From positions 1-14,350 of the forward strand of contig LKMN01000019.1 of NCBI GenBank assembly GCA_001563875.1: DNA of 14,350 nt, written 5' to 3'. This stretch comes from Nanohaloarchaea archaeon B1-Br10_U2g1 (GTDB taxonomy: Archaea > Nanohalarchaeota > Nanosalinia > Nanosalinales > Nanosalinaceae). The notes under the pieces are model-generated. The model ran no database searches. It had not been told where the DNA came from and saw nothing but the letters and a program-made list of their open reading frames with translations. The position numbers were made by a program, and so were the translations under genes. Shown here one piece after another: positions 6,318-13,136 of the stretch (its first letter is position 1; every line of letters starts with the position of its first letter).

Positions 6318-8087
6318 GTGAAATACACCTTCCAGGAAGATCTTTCCGAAAGAAAAGGAGTGATCTCAAACACTCATGGATTTCTAAACCGTTATCTGGA
6401 CACAGGGTTCAAAACAAAGTGGAGCGGGTACTGGACCCCTCCAAAGAAGATTCTGGACTACTACGGAATTAAGATAAACGGTATCTGGCTTAACGAAAAC
6501 AGTTTAGATGGTGTAGAGTACGGAGATTTACTGAAGTACCACCATAGCACAGATACCCTAGATATAGAAGAAAAAGTTGTAACTCCTGTAGAGTTTCCTG
6601 GTTTCAAAATCATTCTGAACATCACAAACAATTCAGAGACTAAAAAGGCTGTTCAAACCGTTTTAGAGACAGGGATAGATATAAGAAGGCGAACAGACGA
6701 TCTTGGAACCGGCAACTACTCCATAGAAGAGAAAGAAAGCATTCTAAAAATTTCAAATGATATAGGGCGGCTGACGGTAGGCAGTAAAGAAGAGTTCGAC
6801 TTTAACAGAAAAGAGGTGGACAGAACACATTTCCCAAGTGGAGAGAGACAGAACTGTTTTATACCGGGAGAAACCGTTTTCCGGAAAGAGATAGAACCTG
6901 GAGAGACAGAGAGAATTGAGATAACTCTGAAGACTTCAGAAAAAGATCCTGAAGGACTAGAAAAGATAGAACAAAGTCTCGAAGGAAGACTTGACAGAAC
7001 ATTCAACTCCTCGGTAGACAGCGTCAACAATCTTATCTACCGGAGAAAAGAGACAGGAGTGATAGCAGGCCATCCCTGGTTCCAGAACTACTGGGCTAGA
7101 GACAGTTTCTGGACACTCTTAGGGATTATAGATGCAGGTCAGTTTGATATAGCCGAGGAAGTGCTTGAAACTTTTGCAGAAAAAGATCTCCCGGGAAAGA
7201 TAAAGACAGATGGAGAAGTGGAAAGGGTCGATAGAGCGGATACAGCGCCTTTATACATTATCGCATCTGAGAAGCTTAGACTACATAACGGGATAAGCAG
7301 GAAGATCGAACAGGGAATGCATAAGGCTATGGAACAGCTGGCTCTAGACGGAGACATTGTGAAACACAGTCCATCAGGCACTTGGATGGATACACTTGAA
7401 AGAGGTCCAGCCATAGACATACAGTCGTTGTGGCTTGAGGCCGCAGAAATAATGGATGATAAAAGGAAGAGGAAACTTGAGAAGGGTCTGAAAAAGTTTG
7501 AACAAGACAACCTGCTGAAGGACGAGCTTGAGAACGAGGCAGACGCCGTAAACCCTGTAGTAACTCTCATGTTTAATCAAGTAGAGAAGGAAATAGCTCG
7601 AAACCAGCTTGAAAAGATAAACGGAGAGTTCTGCTCGCGTTATGGAGCACGTACACGCTCAGTCACCGATCTCGGATACGACTCCTCCGGGTACCATACA
7701 GGAAGCTGCTGGGGCCTAACAACTTGCTGGGCAGCAATGGCAAACATGAGATATGGCAACTACAAACACGGAATAAGTTTCCTAGAAAAGCTTGAACAGT
7801 TTTTGGACCGGAACCAGCCAGGAGCATTACCCGAAGTTGTAGACGCAGAAAACGGAGAATCACTGGGATGCTCAGAACAGGCATGGAGCGCAGGACTATT
7901 TATACACGCAATTGACAGCTATCTTCTTGGTATAAACGTGGAAGAAGACTTTGTAGAAATCAATCCTCCTCCAGATCTTGAAATCACGAGAAGAGGTAAG
8001 ATGGTGAGAGGAGAAAAACTTGATCTCAGGTTCTCGGAAGGAGAGGTCGAAGTGCTAAACGATCCGGATCTAGAACTGAGGCTATAA
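6318..8087 (+). CDS. Amylo-alpha-1,6-glucosidase / glycogen debranching enzyme-like (GDE_C, (alpha/alpha)6 barrel) with N-terminal beta domain
   Basis: AGHPWF..YWARD, DTAPLY, GTWMDT, IDIQSLW, YHTGSCW, LPEVVD, GCSEQAWS. GTG start is forced by an in-frame TAG at 6291 and absence of an early Met. No signal peptide visible. Confidence 0.88.
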   Translation: MKYTFQEDLSERKGVISNTHGFLNRYLDTGFKTKWSGYWTPPKKILDYYGIKINGIWLNENSLDGVEYGDLLKYHHSTDTLDIEEKVVTPVEFPGFKIILNITNNSETKKAVQTVLETGIDIRRRTDDLGTGNYSIEEKESILKISNDIGRLTVGSKEEFDFNRKEVDRTHFPSGERQNCFIPGETVFRKEIEPGETERIEITLKTSEKDPEGLEKIEQSLEGRLDRTFNSSVDSVNNLIYRRKETGVIAGHPWFQNYWARDSFWTLLGIIDAGQFDIAEEVLETFAEKDLPGKIKTDGEVERVDRADTAPLYIIASEKLRLHNGISRKIEQGMHKAMEQLALDGDIVKHSPSGTWMDTLERGPAIDIQSLWLEAAEIMDDKRKRKLEKGLKKFEQDNLLKDELENEADAVNPVVTLMFNQVEKEIARNQLEKINGEFCSRYGARTRSVTDLGYDSSGYHTGSCWGLTTCWAAMANMRYGNYKHGISFLEKLEQFLDRNQPGALPEVVDAENGESLGCSEQAWSAGLFIHAIDSYLLGINVEEDFVEINPPPDLEITRRGKMVRGEKLDLRFSEGEVEVLNDPDLELRL

Positions 8088-8090
8088 ATA
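8083..8090 (+). promoter_or_regulatory. Possible TATA box for tpiA, overlapping the upstream stop codon
   Basis: TATAAATA 31-38 nt upstream of ATG 8121; spacing is longer than at the other promoters. Confidence 0.35.
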
Positions 8091-8120
8091 CAGAGAAAGG
8101 AAAACCCTAAACACCTGCTT

Positions 8121-8768
8121 ATGATTGTAGTAAACTTCAAGACCTACGAGAACTCTACAGGAGAGAAAGCAAGAGAGCTGGGCAAATCATGTGCTAAAGT
8201 TTCTGAGAACTGTTCAACTGATATAATTGCTGTTCCACAGTTCCAAGACATCTCTCTACTTGAAGATCTCGATATAAAGGTCTTTGCACAGCACATAGAC
8301 CCCGTAGAGCCAGGAAGCCATACAGGAAGTATACTTCCTGAAGACGTAATGAGTGCTGGCGCCTCAGGAACACTGATAAACCATTCCGAGAAGAGGTTGG
8401 AACCGGGAGTTATAGAGGCGACAGTGGATAAAGCACGAGAGAAAGGTTTAACCAGTATAGTATGTGCGCAGAATCCGGAAGAGTGCGCCGAGTTCTCAGA
8501 GTTTGAACCCGACTATATCGCTTATGAGCCCCCTGAACTGATTGGCAGCGATACCTCCGTATCTTCAGCCAAGCCCGGGCTGATAAAGAAAGCTGTTAAG
8601 AGGTCGGGTAAAGTACCTACACTTACAGGAGCAGGAATAAAGAGTGAGGAAGATGTATCTAAAAGTCTTGAATTAGGATGTGAAGGTGTTTTAGTGGCTT
8701 CAGGGGTCGTAAAATCTGGAAATCCTGTGGAAGAACTAAGAGAACTCTGTAGAGGATACAATGAGTAA
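8121..8768 (+). CDS. tpiA: Triosephosphate isomerase, short archaeal type
   Basis: VVNFKTY, AQHID, GSHTG, LINHSE, AYEPPELIG, GAGI, GVLVASGVVK; 215 aa. Confidence 0.97.
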   Translation: MIVVNFKTYENSTGEKARELGKSCAKVSENCSTDIIAVPQFQDISLLEDLDIKVFAQHIDPVEPGSHTGSILPEDVMSAGASGTLINHSEKRLEPGVIEATVDKAREKGLTSIVCAQNPEECAEFSEFEPDYIAYEPPELIGSDTSVSSAKPGLIKKAVKRSGKVPTLTGAGIKSEEDVSKSLELGCEGVLVASGVVKSGNPVEELRELCRGYNE

Positions 8769-10014
8769 CTGGACATCAAGATACAAGGACAGCATAGAAA
8801 TGGTCGAAAGCTCTGTAGATGTACTTATAGGCTTTAATGCGAATATAGACAGAGTTTATAACACCTCGGAAATCGATATAAATCTAGAAAATGTTGATCC
8901 TGATCTTAAGGAGAAAGCTTCCAGTCGTAAAGACCTGAAATCTTCCTTAGCATACTGTATTCAGAACGGTGAAAACCACGAGATAAAACTAGATATGGAT
9001 CTACAGTTTGAGGGCGAAGAGTTTATAGGAGGTCAGGGAGGGATAATGTCTAACTATCTCTCAAAAACCGGTAACGGAGTTATATTCTATACCCCGATCC
9101 TTTCAGAGAAGTTATCAGAGAAGATAGATGAGAAAGTACTCTATCCTTTAATAGACGGAGATTTTCAGCTAAAAAATGTAAGAGACTGTTCTAATACTGA
9201 TAGAACAAAGATAAACCATATATTCGAGTTCGAGGAAGGTAGATCTGGACGTCTAATCCTCTCTGACAGCCTGAAAGGTTTTGGACCTTACTTCCGCAAA
9301 GGTGTTGAGGACAAGTTAGAAGTAATAGAAGGAAACGTTGACTGCGCCTTGCTATCAGGATTTCACAATGTCGAAGGCAACAAAGAGGCCAAGATAAAGA
9401 AGGCTTCAGAACAGCTTGAAAGACTTGAGATACCTGTCCATATGGAGTACGCACATAGAGATAACCAGACCGCTCTAAACATAGTTGAGGATATAATGCC
9501 TTACGTTGACAGTATAGGACTGGATGAGGCAGAGTTCAAGAAGCTTGCAGAGCTCCTAAACCAAGAAGATATAGAAGGAAATGTCAGCCTGGGAGAGGCC
9601 TTCAGACATTCTAAAGATATTATTGAGACGGTAGACGTATCTAGAGTACATCTCCATACATACAGATACCATGTAGTAGTTACCAAGAAAAACTACCCTA
9701 CAAAACCTGAAAAAATACGCAGATCTATGCTTTACGGAGAGATTTCCGCTATACAGAAAGCGGAGAAAGGTCGTATACCTGACTTAGTTGATATAGAAGA
9801 TTTTAAATCTGAAAACGTTGATTTAAACGGTTTAACAGAGTTACGACACTTTGGGGACTACTTCAACCTAGATTCTTTCACAGAAACAGGGATAGCCGAC
9901 ATGGGTCAACATATCGTGGTTGCTATACCTACTCTAATACATAGGGAACCTGAGAGAACGGTAGGAATGGGAGATATTATCTCGTCAGGCGCCTTTACCG
10001 TAGAGCTTAGCTAA
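8761..10014 (+). CDS. ADP-dependent glucokinase/phosphofructokinase family (ribokinase superfamily)
   Basis: GFNANID, GGQGGIMSN, KINHIFEF, HMEYA, SIGLDEAE, HLHT, TVGMGDIISSGAF (catalytic GD). Overlaps tpiA by 8 nt. Confidence 0.92.
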   Translation: MSNWTSRYKDSIEMVESSVDVLIGFNANIDRVYNTSEIDINLENVDPDLKEKASSRKDLKSSLAYCIQNGENHEIKLDMDLQFEGEEFIGGQGGIMSNYLSKTGNGVIFYTPILSEKLSEKIDEKVLYPLIDGDFQLKNVRDCSNTDRTKINHIFEFEEGRSGRLILSDSLKGFGPYFRKGVEDKLEVIEGNVDCALLSGFHNVEGNKEAKIKKASEQLERLEIPVHMEYAHRDNQTALNIVEDIMPYVDSIGLDEAEFKKLAELLNQEDIEGNVSLGEAFRHSKDIIETVDVSRVHLHTYRYHVVVTKKNYPTKPEKIRRSMLYGEISAIQKAEKGRIPDLVDIEDFKSENVDLNGLTELRHFGDYFNLDSFTETGIADMGQHIVVAIPTLIHREPERTVGMGDIISSGAFTVELS

Positions 10015-11341
10015 GACTTTTTATCAGCTGTCTGACTGTCGACTCTACATCATCAAGTATTCTATCAACATCGTCTTCGGTATCGGCCTCACATCTCACA
10101 GACATCTTCTCCTCAGTATTTGAAGGTCTTACAAGAGCCCATCCTTTTTCGAAATCTATCTTTACACCGTCTACGGTAGACAGTTCGTGGTCTGAGTACT
10201 CTTCCTTCAGCTTTTCTATAACCGGTTCTTTAGCTGTATGAGGACAGTCTATTCTTAGTTCAGGAGATACAGGGTACTCAGGAAGTCTTTCAACCAAGTC
10301 CGCTAAATCCTCTTCAGAAGCTATTCTACACATTAAAGCGGCGGAGAATAGGCCGTCATCCCAAGGAACGTCAAAGACCGGGAAGTAGTAATGTCCTGAA
10401 AGCTCTCCAGCAAAAACTATCGATGGATCTTCATGTATCTTCTCTGAGATAAAGGTGTGGCCTACCCTTGTTGTTGAAGGTGTTCCGCCGTTCTCCTCGA
10501 CTATTTCAGGCACAAGCTTTGAGGAACGTAAGTCGGCGACAACCTTCCCCTTTCTAGTCTTGAGTGATTCTCTGGCGAAGAGCGCTAGAACCTCATCCTC
10601 GGGGATATATCCTTTCTCGGGCAGCATGAATCCTGCTCTATCACCGTCGCCATCGAATATTATACCAAGATCTTTACCTTTCATCGCTTCTTGTAACTGT
10701 TCTTGGGCTTCCTCTTCTCCCGGAGCCGGTAGATGGTTAGGGAAGCTGCCGTCAAGCTCTTCATTAACTGTTTCAACATTGCATCCAAGCTCTTCGAAAA
10801 GCTGCTTTCCTAAGACCGCCGCTACTCCGTTTCCAAAGTTTATAGCTATATCGAGGTTTCTCTCAAGCTCTATATTATCTTTTACAAATTTGATGTAGTC
10901 TTCTGAGATATCTATCGCTTCTCTAGATCCAGTTCCTTTTTCGAAGTTTTCTGAGTCATATATGCTTTCTATCTGTTCCATACCCCCTTTTCTCGACATT
11001 GCTAGGGCTTCTTCCTTACAAAATTTGAAGCCTGTATATTCTGGAGGATTGTGAGAGGCAGTTACTACTGCGGAAGACTTTATACCATATTTAACCATTC
11101 CGAAGTATATTACAGGCGTGGGGACGGTTCCTGCATATACAACATCTGTTCCTGTAGACAAAACACCGTTTATAAATGCTTCAGAAATCTTTTCGCCGTG
11201 TTCTCTACCATCTCTACCTATTAAAACTTTTTCAGCCTGAGTAAAGGTACCGTAGGCTTTACCTACTTTTTCGGACTCATCAACACTTATTTCGTCGGGA
11301 AATTTACCTCTTAAGTCGTATGCATGAAAGAAACCTGACAT
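10007..11341 (-). CDS. Phosphomannomutase/phosphoglucomutase (alpha-D-phosphohexomutase)
   Basis: AYDLRG, phosphoserine loop TASHNP, metal loop FDGDGDR, sugar loop GELSGH, phosphate loop VRPSNTE. Confidence 0.96.
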   Translation of the reverse strand: MSGFFHAYDLRGKFPDEISVDESEKVGKAYGTFTQAEKVLIGRDGREHGEKISEAFINGVLSTGTDVVYAGTVPTPVIYFGMVKYGIKSSAVVTASHNPPEYTGFKFCKEEALAMSRKGGMEQIESIYDSENFEKGTGSREAIDISEDYIKFVKDNIELERNLDIAINFGNGVAAVLGKQLFEELGCNVETVNEELDGSFPNHLPAPGEEEAQEQLQEAMKGKDLGIIFDGDGDRAGFMLPEKGYIPEDEVLALFARESLKTRKGKVVADLRSSKLVPEIVEENGGTPSTTRVGHTFISEKIHEDPSIVFAGELSGHYYFPVFDVPWDDGLFSAALMCRIASEEDLADLVERLPEYPVSPELRIDCPHTAKEPVIEKLKEEYSDHELSTVDGVKIDFEKGWALVRPSNTEEKMSVRCEADTEDDVDRILDDVESTVRQLIKSLS

Positions 11342-11363
11342 AGTAACTATTTCTGTAAACGGC

Positions 11364-11376
11364 TGTTTAAGTCTTT
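11364..11376 (-). promoter_or_regulatory. BRE/TATA-like element for the phosphohexomutase gene
   Basis: Minus strand AAAGACTTAAACA, with TTAAA 25-29 nt upstream of ATG 11341. Confidence 0.5.
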
Positions 11377-11421
11377 ACACGAACGATTTCAGTAAGCCTG
11401 TAGTTCAAAAGTTAAAGAGGT

Positions 11422-12183
11422 CTAGAAAGGAGATAACTCTTCAATCCTAGATCGGAGTTTGCCTTTAATACCTCTTTTAGGAGGTTCAACGCCTCTAACC
11501 CGATGAGCAACATCTTTTATGGCGTGAGATGCTCTTGAATCAGGTTTGTAATCTACAACCGGCTTTCTTAGAGCTATGCCTTCTCTGACATGTTTATGGT
11601 CTGGTACAGCTCCTATTATATCGGTTTCAACTAGATCTTCTATGTCCTCACGGTCCACCTCAGATTTTTCTCCTCTTACACCGTTTACAACCAGCCCTAA
11701 AACCTCTCTATCGAGCTGTTCAGCAAGTTTTTTGGCTCCTAAACAGTTTGTTAAAGCCGGAAGCTCAGGATGTGATACTAGAAGTACCTCATCGGAAGCC
11801 TCTATAGCTGCCTGCACCTCATCATCTGTTCCTGCGGCTGCATCGATTAAAACATAGTCTTTCTGACCCAGAAAATCAACTATTGAATGTTTCAGACTTT
11901 CAGCGTTCGCATTAAACTCGAGTATAGATGCCGGAAGTACTGATACACCTGCAGGATGTTTGGATACCGCCTGGGTTATGTAGGCCTCTCCATTCAGAAC
12001 ATTGTTCAGTGATACATCTTGGAAACCTATCCCGAAATGCTGGGCTACATTAGCTCCTGAAAAGTTCCCATCAATTATTAGAACGTCTTCTCCTTGCTGG
12101 GAAAGCGCAACGCTTAAGTTAGCTGAGACCGTTGTCTTACCTACGCCTCCTTTCCCGGATACGACTGAGATTACACGGGTCAT
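11422..12183 (-). CDS. minD: MinD/ParA-family ATPase, archaeal MinD-like (paralog 2)
   Basis: Deviant Walker A SGKGGVGKTT, IIDGNFSGAN, LIDAAAG, PELPAL, GLVVN, P.S.AS. Confidence 0.9.
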   Translation of the reverse strand: MTRVISVVSGKGGVGKTTVSANLSVALSQQGEDVLIIDGNFSGANVAQHFGIGFQDVSLNNVLNGEAYITQAVSKHPAGVSVLPASILEFNANAESLKHSIVDFLGQKDYVLIDAAAGTDDEVQAAIEASDEVLLVSHPELPALTNCLGAKKLAEQLDREVLGLVVNGVRGEKSEVDREDIEDLVETDIIGAVPDHKHVREGIALRKPVVDYKPDSRASHAIKDVAHRVRGVEPPKRGIKGKLRSRIEELSPF

Positions 12184-12206
12184 TATGATAAAGGTTTTAG
12201 AGTCTG

Positions 12207-12216
12207 TTAATAAAAA
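12207..12216 (-). promoter_or_regulatory. TATA-like box for minD paralog 2
   Basis: Minus strand TTTTTATTAA, 24-33 nt upstream of ATG 12183. Confidence 0.55.
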
Positions 12217-12262
12217 CTTGGCTGTTTAGAACCTCTTTTTTAGACTGTTTTATGACTGCCTC

Positions 12263-13030
12263 TTACTTGAAACGGTCTACAATCTTCGAGAAGAAACCTT
12301 TCTCCTGTATCTCCGGCTCATACTCAAAACCTGCTATATCTGCCGCTACAGCCTTGTAACGTTCAGAGACATGATGATCCGGCTCGTGGTGGACAACTGG
12401 CTTTTTAACCGCTAATGCCTCTTGAACCTTGTTATGTTCGGGTATATCCATTATAACGTCGTAACCCAGCATCGACTCTACTTCATCAGCCTCAAGCTCG
12501 GCCTCATGGTCATTAACCCTGTTAAGCACAACTCCAAGAACATCTGTACCTGCTTCTTCCGCAATATTGACTGTTTTTAAAGCATCAGTTACGGCCGGAA
12601 GATTAGGATTTGTTACAACAAGTACTTCATCTGAAGCCTCTATAGCATTTATTGATTCGTTTCCTAGGCCTGCTGCAGAGTCAACCAGTACAAAGTCCGG
12701 TTCTCCAACTGTATCTAGTAGAACATCTGAAAGGTTTTCCGGAGACGTATCTACAAGATCTTCGATTGAAAGTCCGGCTGGAACTACTCTTAGACCCGAG
12801 TTGTGGATATACATGGCTTCAGTGATATGTGCCTCTCCCTTTAGAACATCGTGTAAAGTCTTTGGATAGAGCGGAATACCGAGATGAAACCCTAAGTTCG
12901 GATTAGTAAGGTTTGCATCCAAAACTATCGTATCTGAACCGAATTTAGTTAATGCCGCGCCGATATTCGACGTCGTCGTGGTCTTTCCTGTACCTCCTTT
13001 TCCGCTGCTAACACATATCAGCCGGGTCAT
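12263..13030 (-). CDS. minD: MinD/ParA-family ATPase, archaeal MinD-like (paralog 1) with C-terminal amphipathic helix
   Basis: SGKGGTGKTT, LDANLTNPNL, LVDSAAG, PNLPAVTD, GVVLNRV, C-terminus KGFFSKIVDRFK. Confidence 0.92.
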   Translation of the reverse strand: MTRLICVSSGKGGTGKTTTTSNIGAALTKFGSDTIVLDANLTNPNLGFHLGIPLYPKTLHDVLKGEAHITEAMYIHNSGLRVVPAGLSIEDLVDTSPENLSDVLLDTVGEPDFVLVDSAAGLGNESINAIEASDEVLVVTNPNLPAVTDALKTVNIAEEAGTDVLGVVLNRVNDHEAELEADEVESMLGYDVIMDIPEHNKVQEALAVKKPVVHHEPDHHVSERYKAVAADIAGFEYEPEIQEKGFFSKIVDRFK

Positions 13031-13056
13031 CGTATCTAAGAGTTTGATTCCCGTCC

Positions 13057-13064
13057 TTTAAATT
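13057..13064 (-). promoter_or_regulatory. TATA box for minD paralog 1
   Basis: Minus strand AATTTAAA; TTTAAA lies 27-32 nt upstream of ATG 13030. Confidence 0.6.
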
Positions 13065-13103
13065 ACCTAGTGGAGCACAACACTCAGAGCCGGGTCAGAC
13101 TTC

Positions 13104-13120
13104 AAATTGAAATAAGTTTA
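13104..13120 (+). promoter_or_regulatory. AT-rich promoter candidate for leuS
   Basis: AAATTGAAATAAGTTTA centred about 25 nt upstream of ATG 13137; weak match to consensus. Confidence 0.35.
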
Positions 13121-13136
13121 CAGCAACCGATACATT

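Noticed and set aside
13020-13097. 10-bp direct repeat AGCCGGGTCA at 13020-13029 and 13088-13097
   Set aside because: Only two copies, one constrained by the minD start codons; compatible with chance in a 14-kb window.
13031-13136. T-box riboswitch or small RNA upstream of bacterial-type leuS
   Set aside because: Only 106 nt shared by two divergent promoters; no T-box motif or convincing stem-loops.
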